Positions 23,789 through 34,215 of a DNA stretch of 34,215 nucleotides are shown in pieces. The DNA comes from Octopus bimaculoides (lineage: Eukaryota). Below the pieces are notes generated by a model, which searched no databases, was not told where the DNA came from, and saw only the letters and a list, made by a program, of their open reading frames with translations. Location: the NCBI RefSeq assembly GCF_001194135.2, contig NC_069007.1, forward strand, positions 2,222,248 through 2,256,462. Reading direction: 5' to 3'. The translations under genes and the position numbers were made by a program. Within the stretch, counting starts at the first letter, position 1; every line of letters starts with the position of its first letter.

Positions 23789-23865
23789 CGCACACGCGTG
23801 CGTCGGGACGCACGTATTAATATTTACATACTTGTTGCATATTTGCATGTAAATGTATTTAGTTA

Positions 23866-23903
<38 letters not shown>

Positions 23904-24935
23904 TTCAACTAAAGTTTAGATTCAGATGAATAAGGTACTTAAGTTGAGGCACCAGAATTTAGTACGGTATTATCCATACAATTTCAAAGTAAGGTGATTA
24001 GAATCAAATTAAGCAACAAAATAAGGAAAATTATAACAGGTGGACACAGTATAATTTTACCTAAAATCTCCAAGAAGTTAAGGAGATAGTCAATGAACAT
24101 GCTGTCTTCACTTCCACTTAGAAGCTACTAATTTATCAGGAAGAAAGACTTGTTACAGATTTAGCTAGTCACTGCTTTGTGGGGTCAGTTTTAATTTATA
24201 AACTAGTTTTATTAAATCCTTGTATATCTAAGGCCGCGAGAACAGGGGACAGTTTCTAGGGCTGAGGGTGTCGACAGAAATCATAGTGGGTATAGTCATA
24301 AAAATCAAGATTTCTTTGAAGCAATATCATGAGATTTGGTAAGGGAAAACTTAAATCAAGATGTTAGCTGACAATTAAGGGGGCTGGCCACTAGCAGACC
24401 ATTGATAATGAAACAGGGAATATCTTATCATGTAGTACTATAGTTAAATATTTTAAGCAATAGTTCTATATTGTATAAAGTTAAAGTTTAGGGTTATTCA
24501 GAGGATTATTAAGAAGAAGAATTATAACAAAAGGATAAAATTTTTATGAATACTTTTGAGTATATACCAAACTTTTACCGCAGTAGAGGAAGGAAAAGAA
24601 ATTATCCAGAAATAGTTTAATATTTATACATATTATAAACTTAAATACTAACTAATCAGATGGTATCAGTGAATATTGGTCAATTGGTATATACTCGTAT
24701 TTATTAAAGGAGTACTGAGGTAAAAGAACATGGTAACTATGAATTAATTTAATTGTAATCTAAGCAGTTTATTTTAAGTAGTGGATATACCAGTATTGTT
24801 ATATATAAGCTAAGTATTAATTTATAGAGGTACAAAAATTAGATTTATTTTATAAATAAATAAAGGTTATTATAAAATAATAAAGAATTAAAATAATCAG
24901 ATTGGGAAGGTGTGCATACAAATATTAATTTAGAA

Positions 24936-25420
24936 ATGACAGACGTTTGCATTTACATTGAAAATGGAATTAGAGATTGCTTATATATCGACACCGCATC
25001 GAAAACATTGCTTTTCTTAAAGTGAGTTTACTTCATTGTTCAATTGTTTGGTGACTGTGAAACTGATATATTGCTATCACAACAGCAGACCCCAGACAAA
25101 CTGGAGATTTAAACTTCATTTTATCAAATCCCTGAATCGTATTGAACAAGTTAGAGCATGGACGATGCAGGTGCGTTAAATAGTTAATACTACAACGATT
25201 TATTTCATTTTAGGGAGACTTGTTATTTGTGTAGCTGCATCAATTGATATTTCTCGTCACTTCGACAAATGAAGATTCTGTAGAACACAATTCCCCGAGC
25301 ACCACTGGACATATCTATCATGAATATTCGTATAATTGGCATTGTTTATGTCCACCAGCCACACTGTCTCGTCCTTCAAACATGTATCTGCAAGATTTAT
25401 ACGCAGTAACTTTCCCTTAG
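24936..25420 (+). CDS. Candidate spliced ORF, 118 aa, unknown product (exons 24936-25021, 25086-25170, 25235-25420)
   Basis: Donors AA|GTGAGT (25022) and CAG|GTGCGT (25171); acceptors ACAACAG| (25085) and TTATTTGTGTAG| (25234). Both introns are 64 nt and contain in-frame stops, and the phases are compatible. No homology recognised. Confidence 0.3.
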
Positions 25421-25585
25421 AGCAGGTGAAGACCTGATGAGCTCCATCTACACTTGATTCTCCTTCCGGGAGATGTTGCATAACATGCTAATAAACGCAT
25501 AGCTGGGATCTTGACAGGGCATACAACTCCTGTTCAGAGTAAGCCTGGGCAAACTGGTGGCTAATAAGTGTCTCCATACTCCTCA

Positions 25586-25823
25586 AATCGGTTGTCAAGC
25601 GATGACGGAGGGACTTGCACAGACAAACAAGCACACACACACACACACACGCATATATACGACGGGCTTCTTTCCTGTTTCCGTCTACCAAATCCACTCA
25701 CAAGGCTTTGGTCGGCCCGAGGCTATAGTAGAAGACACATGGCCAAGGTGCCACGCAGTGCGACTGAACTCAGAACCCTGTGGTTGCGAAGCAAGCTTCT
25801 TACCACACAGCCATGACTGCACC
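25586..25823 (-). mobile_element. SINE family A, 5' half with tRNA-like head
   Basis: Minus strand: TGGCTGTGTGGTAAG (A-box-like)...GGTTCTGAGTTCAGTCG (B-box-like)...CCTTGTGAGTGGATTTGGTAGACGG. Closely similar to 29921-30078. Confidence 0.85.
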
Positions 25824-25899
25824 TATGGTAGTACAGAATCCTTGCTAATTTTTGATACACGACCGCAAATGCAAAGATAGGCAAATTAAATTATCTCGA

Positions 25900-26042
25900 T
25901 TCCATTGTTAAAATCGTGCTTCTAGTTTGACTCCGAAAAGGGTAAATGACTCGGTGACATCTTGAACCAAGACTGTAAAGGTCAAACAGAAATCCCGCAA
26001 AGTATGTAGTTCGGCGCAGTAGGGATTATGCCAGAAAGCCAC
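25900..26042 (-). mobile_element. SINE family B, strongly decayed
   Basis: GACTCCGAAAAGG...TTGAAC..AGA..GTAAAG...GAAAT.CCGC.AAG.AT...TC.GGCG...GATT.TGCCAG is approximately the reverse complement of 6385-6475. Confidence 0.45.
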
Positions 26043-26561
26043 CTTACAATTTTAATTGATGATATCACTTCAACATGCAAGTATTGAAAGGAAGCCATTT
26101 GTTTTGTTCTATTACCAGGAAAAAAATTAACCAATATGTATAAGTGACTATAAGACCTTAACATCAACCTAAAGACCGAAAGGGGAATTATTTCATAATA
26201 AATATTCATGTTGGTGTATTTAGAATTCACTCATATAATATCGGGCTCTTTGTTTTACATATACACAAACACATACACACATACATACGTATGCAAGTAT
26301 GTATGTATGTATGGATGGATGTATGGATGGATGGATGGATGTATAAATATGGGTAGGTTGATGGTGATGTATGTAAATAAATTTATATCCATGTGCCTAC
26401 ATGACTCATGTATATGTATAGATATATAAGCACATATACATTTGGTTATTTACCTTGCAGGTTGTATGTACATGTGTGCGTGTGTGTGTGGGGGGGGGGT
26501 TGTGTGTGTGTGTGTGCGTGCGTGCGTGCGTGTATGTGTGTGTCTGTGTGTCTGTGTGTGT

Positions 26562-26946
26562 GGCACTCCATCGGTTCCGACGACGATGGTCGCAGTCGAT
26601 ACGATCAACGGAACAGCCTGCTCGAGAAATTAACGTGCAAGTGGCTGAGCACTCCACAGACACGTGTACCCTTAACATAGTTCTCGGGGAGACTTAACGT
26701 AAGACTAAGACATAGTGTGACAAGGCTGGCCCCTTTGAAATACAGGCACAACAGGAGCAGGAAGAATGAATGAGAGAAAGTTGTGGTGAAAGAGTACAGC
26801 AGGGTTCACCTCCACCTTCTGCCGGAGCGTCGTGGAGCTTTAGCTGTTTTCGCTCAATAAACACTCACAGCGTCCGGTCTGGGAATCGGAACCACGATCC
26901 TATAGCAGCGAGTCTGCTGCCGTAACCACTGGGCCATTAAGCCTCT
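26562..26946 (-). mobile_element. SINE family C, near full length, tRNA-derived head
   Basis: Minus strand starts GAGGCTTAATGGCCCAGTGGTTA (A box)...GGTTCCGATTCCC (B box)...TTTATTGAGCGAAAACAGCTAAAGCTCCACGA. A second copy lies at 32213-32375 on +. Confidence 0.85.
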
Positions 26947-27093
26947 ACACACACACATATATACACACACACACATATATACACACACCCACACACATAT
27001 ATATATATATATGTGTGTGTGTGTAAATACATATGTACACGTGTGCATGTATGTTTTTAATTTTATATATACACCTATATACATATATAAATG

Positions 27094-27141
<48 letters not shown>

Positions 27142-27170
27142 ATATATATATATATATATACATATGAATT
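26947..27170. repeat. (CA)/(TA) microsatellite field
   Basis: Direct inspection. Confidence 0.9.
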
Positions 27171-27618
27171 CGAAGAGCGATATACTATAATGTATGTGTC
27201 TGTGTGCGTGCGTTTGTATAATCGTATGCGTATAAGTGCACATTTACAGCGTGTAAATCAATTTGAGAGAAGAGATAGAGAAGAGAAACCCTATTATTTT
27301 TGAAGCAGCGCGTGAAGTGGGGGTTCTAGTGCCGGTTCTTCCAATTTAACTATGTATTCCCTTAATAGCGTTGCATCTCTCGATGTTTATGGAGAAAATT
27401 GAAATCTTCATAAATTGTCTTCTAAATATGTGAGCAGCTATCGAGTTACAGGTATTTAATGGATATTTTTAAGGGGGGATTATTAAGAAGATGGTTTCTT
27501 GTGTGACGTTTAATTCCTCATCTTCCATTTATTATGTGATTTATCTCCCTCTGTTTGTTTTTAGGTAATGCTATATTAGGAAGTATACGGAGAATGTACA
27601 TGTGTTTATATATATATA

Positions 27619-27675
<57 letters not shown>

Positions 27676-27848
27676 AGAGAGAGTGTGTGCTTGCTTCTAC
27701 GTGTATATATGTGCGCATGTAAATGCTAGGTTAATATACATATCTGCAGACATATATATATGTGTTTCTTTCTCACTACGCTTGTCTTTCTATCTCTCCT
27801 CCGCATTTCTTTCCTGATTCCTCTCTCTCCTTCTATCTCTCTCTTTCC

Positions 27849-27849
<1 letters not shown>

Positions 27850-27931
<82 letters not shown>

Positions 27932-28218
27932 CATACATAAATGTATCTACATTTATATATGCATGCATATATATATATGCATATATATATATATATATGC
28001 ATACATATATATATATATACATATACATAAATGTATCTACATTTATATATACATATATAAATATATGCATACATATATATATATATATAAATATATGCAT
28101 ACATATATATATATATATATATAAATATATGCATACATATATATATATATATTAATATATACATACATATATATATATATATAAATATATACATACATAT
28201 ATATATATATATAAATAT

Positions 28219-28299
<81 letters not shown>

Positions 28300-28520
28300 C
28301 ACATAAATGTATCTACATTTATATATATATATATACACACACACACAAATATATGCATATTTATAAACATACATGGATATATATATATATGTGTGTATAT
28401 GCACGCAAACACACAAATATATCTATATATATACACACACATATATACATATATGTTTGTGCTTGTGCGTGTATATGTGCTTATATGCAATATTTAAGCA
28501 TATATATATATATGTAAGTG
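27850..28520. repeat. Higher-order TA/CATA/GCAT satellite containing three copies of the hairpin ATAAATGTA-TC-TACATTTAT
   Basis: Motif at 27937, 28027 and 28303. Confidence 0.9.
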
Positions 28521-28558
28521 TATAAATATGCTTGTGTGAGTGCTTGCGTGCGTGAGTG

Positions 28559-28591
<33 letters not shown>

Positions 28592-29309
28592 TCATACAGG
28601 CACCTAAGTGTTTGAATGCTTATGCTGATAAAATTTATATATTCCGACAGGATATAAATACAGCAGGGAAGATATCACCCTAGTCATTTTATATATTCGA
28701 GAAATATACTTAACGCTCGTTTTGAAAGTTGAATAACCATTCCTTGAACTGCTTGGTCATGAAGGACAGAAGAACATACGCGCGAAACATTCTGATTTCT
28801 TTAAACACTTGAAATCGAATTGTTGATATTGCTTGACCTTTGCTACTCTTTCAACCGCTTGTGTTTGCTGAGAGAATGAAGGTAGAAATTTCAAGAAACT
28901 TAATAGTTCTCTTCAAATGAAATTAGTATGTGAACCTTATGTCGGAAATATAATATATACTGCAGTCAAGAAATAGTTAAGAATGCTTATATATATATAT
29001 AATAGAAATATGTTACAAGAAGAAAATAGAAACTACACGTGGGAATGTAAGGCGAAAGAAAGAAGAAAATTAAGCGAAAATGCACATTGGAAATCAAAAA
29101 AACTAAAAGCTTTTTATGAAAAGTAACGATAGATATATACAATTAGATGAACTGAGGTAGGAATAAAAGTAATAAAATTCATTATTGTGAATTGTTAGAG
29201 ATTCAAAAGCATACTGGTTTCGTAGTATTACTAATCGTTGCTTTGAATGCACACCGGTTGCTGATCGCTGTCAGGTCTGCTAATCCCTGAGTATATACTC
29301 TTTACTCTT

Positions 29310-29392
29310 GTACTTGTTTCAATCTTTTGACTGTGGCCATGGTGGAGCACCGCCTTTAGTCGAGCAAATCAACCCCAGGACTTAGATCAAAA
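29310..29392 (-). mobile_element. SINE family A, 3' terminus
   Basis: TACTTGTTTCAATCTTTTGACTGTGGCCATGGTGGAGCACCGCCTTTAGTCGAGCAAATCAACCCCAGGACTTA. Confidence 0.8.
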
Positions 29393-29882
29393 ATAAAATC
29401 ACAGATGGCGAAAAGAGAACCGAACACGCAATCAAGCGAGAAAAATATTAAAAATAACCATTATCAGATATGGATGTATAAACGCCCTCGGGAAAGCTGC
29501 ATGGCGTGAGTACACTCGCTGATACAAGCATCCGCAAAGATGTGAGCACACGCACACGTGAGGTTTGGTGCACTCATAACTACAAAACGAATTAGTTATC
29601 TATTTGGTGTTTATAAGAATATGGAAGTTAAATGTATATTTAAGTCATCCATACCTTGAAATTGACGGTTACTCAAACTTCATTCTCACTACATCGCGAG
29701 AAATTATATTTATATACATAGCGACTAATACCAATGGACCAGCACAGGATGGGTCTAGGAAGAATATTATCCATTTGAGGAAAATTTCGGTATTAGCACA
29801 ACAACAGATACCAAAATCAGTTGCCATACGGTGATGAGAGAACAGACAGATGGAAATACACAGGCTCAGAAATATAAATATA

Positions 29883-29920
<38 letters not shown>

Positions 29921-29924
<4 letters not shown>

Positions 29925-30078
29925 ACGGGCTTCTTTCAGTTACTGTCTACCAAATCCACTCACAAGTGTTTCGTTGGCCCGAGGATTTAGTACAAGGTAT
30001 TTGTACAAGATACTTGCCCAAGGTGCCACTTGGTGGACTGAACCCATGTGGTTGGGAAGCAAGCTTCTTACTACACAG
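29921..30078 (-). mobile_element. SINE family A, 5' head
   Basis: ACGGGCTTCTTTCAGTT..GTCTACCAAATCCACTCACAAG...GGTGCCAC...GAAGCAAGCTTCTTAC.ACACAG, shared with 25670-25810. Confidence 0.85.
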
Positions 30079-30137
30079 TATATTTAACTTCTTGCAGTCT
30101 TTGGTCTGCGATGGCTATGCTGGGGAACCGTCTTGAA

Positions 30138-30703
30138 NNNNNNNNNNNNNNNNNNNNNNNNNNNNNNNNNNNNNNNNNNNNNNNNNNNNNNNNNNNNNNN
30201 NNNNNNNNNNNNNNNNNNNNNNNNNNNNNNNNNNNNNNNNNNNNNNNNNNNNNNNNNNNNNNNNNNNNNNNNNNNNNNNNNNNNNNNNNNNNNNNNNNNN
30301 NNNNNNNNNNNNNNNNNNNNNNNNNNNNNNNNNNNNNNNNNNNNNNNNNNNNNNNNNNNNNNNNNNNNNNNNNNNNNNNNNNNNNNNNNNNNNNNNNNNN
30401 NNNNNNNNNNNNNNNNNNNNNNNNNNNNNNNNNNNNNNNNNNNNNNNNNNNNNNNNNNNNNNNNNNNNNNNNNNNNNNNNNNNNNNNNNNNNNNNNNNNN
30501 NNNNNNNNNNNNNNNNNNNNNNNNNNNNNNNNNNNNNNNNNNNNNNNNNNNNNNNNNNNNNNNNNNNNNNNNNNNNNNNNNNNNNNNNNNNNNNNNNNNN
30601 NNNNNNNNNNNNNNNNNNNNNNNNNNNNNNNNNNNNNNNNNNNNNNNNNNNNNNNNNNNNNNNNNNNNNNNNNNNNNNNNNNNNNNNNNNNNNNNNNNNN
30701 NNN
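30138..30703. other. Assembly gap
   Basis: 566 N. Confidence 1.
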
Positions 30704-30767
<64 letters not shown>

Positions 30768-31067
30768 GTAAATATATTTACACGTATATATACGTATGTG
30801 TGTGTGTGTGTATGTATGTATAGGTGTGTGCATCTGGGTGTTTACATCTGTACGAATATATGGGGGCACCTGCATTAAATATACAAGTATGCACATGTGT
30901 TTGGATTTCGACTTTTAATAGCGGTGATATAGCTTGTAGGAGTGACAGCTTTTAAGAGCCAATCAAGAGATATGTAAATCAAGCTGAATCCATAAGACCA
31001 CGCACATTACATTTGGCGTCTCAATCTCATTCAGCTTGTGGCTATTTAATTTATTATTGACAGTTCA

Positions 31068-31100
<33 letters not shown>

Positions 31101-31222
31101 ATAGAGAGAGAAACAGATAGATACATAGACACACACACACATACATACATATATATATACATATATATATATACACACATACACACACACATATATATAT
31201 ATATACACACACACACATACAC

Positions 31223-31253
<31 letters not shown>

Positions 31254-31278
31254 TACATATATATATATATACACAAAT

Positions 31279-31313
<35 letters not shown>

Positions 31314-31416
31314 CACACACATATGTACATAGATATATACATACATAAATAGATACATAGACAAATAGATACATAGACACACACACACATACATATATAC
31401 ACACACACATACATGC

Positions 31417-31453
<37 letters not shown>

Positions 31454-31501
31454 TTTGTACATAGACACACACACACATACATATATACACACACACATAC
31501 A

Positions 31502-31553
<52 letters not shown>

Positions 31554-31582
31554 TTTGTACATAGATATATACATACATAAAT
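31068..31582. repeat. Compound CA/TA/CATA satellite with an internal duplication of about 90-100 bp
   Basis: The block AGACACACACACACATACATATATACAC...CATGCATATA...CACATTTGTACATAG occurs at about 31376 and 31463. Confidence 0.85.
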
Positions 31583-31982
31583 GTGAGTGTTTGCATTTGT
31601 GTGAATGTGTGTGTGCGTGTGTGTGTATGTGCGTGCATATGTGTGTGCGGTGTGGTGCGTTTGCGTGTGTTTTGTAAACTTACTCATATACTTCGGAGTT
31701 TTCATTATAATTCTGACCTGAAGTATAGAATGCAATTTTCGTGTGAAAACTCAGGTTTATTGTACCTCAATTCTGCTGAAGTGTAAGCTTCATTGCCCTA
31801 ATCACTTCAATACTGCGTCGTAGAGAATGCAATCATACACAGACAACAAAACGCATACACATGCGTATACACTCAGATCAGATATTCACACGTATTCATA
31901 GATATATAGGCGTGTATGTGGTTTGTGGCAATATGTATTTGTATATAGACACACGTTTACGTGTGTATGGTTATACATATTG

Positions 31983-32021
<39 letters not shown>

Positions 32022-32089
32022 TATACATATACAGAGACAGAGACAGAGACAGACAGACAGACAGACAGACAGATGTTTGTGTATACATG

Positions 32090-32129
<40 letters not shown>

Positions 32130-32212
32130 TATATATATATACATTCATACATACATACGTACTCACTCATATACACACGTGCAATATCGACGTACGATAT
32201 ATACATAGAATT

Positions 32213-32375
32213 GGCAGCTGACTCGCGGTTGTAGGATCGTGGTTTCGATTCCCAGACCGGGCGTTGTGAATGTTTATTGAGCGAAAACAGCTAAAGCTCC
32301 ACGAGGGTCCGGCAGAGGTTGGTGTCGAACCCTGCCGTACTTGATCACAACTTTCTCTCACTCTTTCTTCCTGTT
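32213..32375 (+). mobile_element. SINE family C, 5' part
   Basis: GGCAGCTGACTCGC...GGATCGTGGTTTCGATTCCCAGACCGG..TTTATTGAGCGAAAACAGCTAAAGCTCCACGA matches the reverse complement of 26770-26925. Confidence 0.85.
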
Positions 32376-32378
32376 ATA

Positions 32379-32414
<36 letters not shown>

Positions 32415-32416
<2 letters not shown>

Positions 32417-32560
32417 CAGTTGAAATTTATAGAAAAACAAAAGACGAAGACAGGTGTGTAAACAACAAGCTGTCGTATTAGTTTGATGATTGGGAAGGTG
32501 AGAAAGTCTTTTACATTTCGAGCCTACGCTCTTCAAACAGAAAGGAACACAGAAATAAAT
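32415..32560 (-). mobile_element. Probable Penelope-like element terminus carrying a degenerate minimal hammerhead motif (32503-32545)
   Basis: Minus strand: CUUU-CUGUUUGA-A-GAGC GUAG GCUC-GAA-AUGU-A-AAAG. Stem I, stem II and GAAA are placed as in type-I minimal hammerheads, but the core is mutated. Confidence 0.45.
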
Positions 32561-32749
32561 ACTTAGAGAATGAAAAAAAATCTTGTGAATTTAGCGGTCA
32601 ATGATGGACATGTGTGTATGTGTGTGCGTACGTATGTGATACTAAACTGAGATATATTCAATATACCTTTAATACTATATACATAACTAAATTAAACTCA
32701 GTCAAATATGAATATCTATAAGCATAGTTGTATATACACAAATATATTT

Positions 32750-34215
32750 AACACACACACACACACACACATATACACCTCCCCGACAAATACAAGCCAC
32801 ATAGACGTACTCACACTAACACACCCACACGTATACACACACATACTGTACTAACAATACAAACAAAACTAATCACTCACAATTACAGCGCACACACACA
32901 TGTACACATATACACCAGGAAACTACACAAACCATACCCACATACACACACATACAAACGCATACCCAGTACCAACATACACGGAACACACATGCACACA
33001 CATACACATCACCTGGATAAACCCAACGTACGAGGACACCTAATAAATACAACACACACATACANNNNNNNNNNNNNNNNNNNNNNNNNNNNNNNNNNNN
33101 NNNNNNNNNNNNNNNNNNNNNNNNNNNNNNNNNNNNNNNNNNNNNNNNNNNNNNNNNNNNNNNNNNNNNNNNNNNNNNNNNNNNNNNNNNNNNNNNNNNN
33201 NNNNNNNNNNNNNNNNNNNNNNNNNNNNNNNNNNNNNNNNNNNNNNNNNNNNNNNNNNNNNNNNNNNNNNNNNNNNNNNNNNNNNNNNNNNNNNNNNNNN
33301 NNNNNNNNNNNNNNNNNNNNNNNNNNNNNNNNNNNNNNNNNNNNNNNNNNNNNNNNNNNNNNNNNNNNNNNNNNNNNNNNNNNNNNNNNNNNNNNNNNNN
33401 NNNNNNNNNNNNNNNNNNNNNNNNNNNNNNNNNNNNNNNNNNNNNNNNNNNNNNNNNNNNNNNNNNNNNNNNNNNNNNNNNNNNNNNNNNNNNNNNNNNN
33501 NNNNNNNNNNNNNNNNNNNNNNNNNNNNNNNNNNNNNNNNNNNNNNNNNNNNNNNNNNNNNNNNNNNNNNNNNNNNNNNNNNNNNNNNNNNNNNNNNNNN
33601 NNNNNNNNNNNNNNNNNNNNNNNNNNNNNNNNNNNNNNNNNNNNNNNNNNNNNNNNNNNNNNNNNNNNNNNNNNNNNNNNNNNNNNNNNNNNNNNNNNNN
33701 NNNNNNNNNNNNNNNNNNNNNNNNNNNNNNNNNNNNNNNNNNNNNNNNNNNNNNNNNNNNNNNNNNNNNNNNNNNNNNNNNNNNNNNNNNNNNNNNNNNN
33801 NNNNNNNNNNNNNNNNNNNNNNNAAACACACATACTCATATACACATGCCACACACGCACACATACAGACATACACATATGAACCATCACACACATACGT
33901 TTGCTTACACACACACACACACACACCACAAGGATATTTAAAACAACGCACCCACTCAGACAGAGAGACACACACACACTCCCACACTCACACAAAACAC
34001 TCCCACGCACACACACATACACATACATACGCATACATACGTACACACCCTCACACATACATACGGTTGCTCTCACACACACACACCACAAGGACGATCA
34101 AAACAACACATACACACTCAGACAAAGAGATATACGCACACTCTCACGTACACACACCTAACATCCCCACCGACACAAAAAATACTCAAACACACACTCA
34201 TATACACATTCCACA
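32750..34215. repeat. Degenerate (CA)-rich low-complexity DNA around an assembly gap (33065-33823)
   Basis: A/C-rich degenerate CA repeats on both sides of 759 N. Confidence 0.9.

Noticed and set aside
23789-23815. CGTGCGTC-GG-GACGCACG hairpin as a Helitron 3' end
   Set aside because: No CTRR terminus follows on either strand.
23940-24930. About 1 kb microsatellite-free AT-rich block considered as a NUMT
   Set aside because: Translation in the standard and invertebrate mitochondrial codes, in the frames I checked on both strands, gave frequent stops and no convincing COX, ATP, ND, CYTB or rRNA motif. It remains unassigned; BLASTN against the mitogenome would settle it.

Overview
AT-rich eukaryotic genomic DNA, most likely intergenic or intronic. 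The microsatellite density (TA, CA, GATA, CATA, ACT/ACC) and the repeat families point to an octopus-type cephalopod draft assembly (inference). Nine N-gaps cover about 4.15 kb. Most ORFs in the supplied track are artefacts of microsatellites (YIYI, THTH, CVCV) or of N-runs. Recognisable content is decayed mobile DNA: a mariner DD34D transposase 3' relic (1870-2199), a short mariner derivative (5241-5444), an RTE LINE 3' end with a GAA-rich tail (6700-7150, minus), an R4/Dong-like REL-endonuclease LINE 3' fragment (8785-9907) and many copies of at least three tRNA-type SINE families. No host gene can be named. Best leads: a 213-bp near-perfect palindrome (11799-12011); two minimal-hammerhead-like motifs of the Penelope type (32503-32545, 11401-11449); a candidate 3-exon, 118-aa ORF with two 64-nt GT-AG introns (24936-25420); a C/D'/C'/D box snoRNA-like arrangement (17804-17918); and an ungapped 102-bp direct-repeat pair 315 bp apart (14766-15182). 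I found no convincing evidence of a new multi-gene system.
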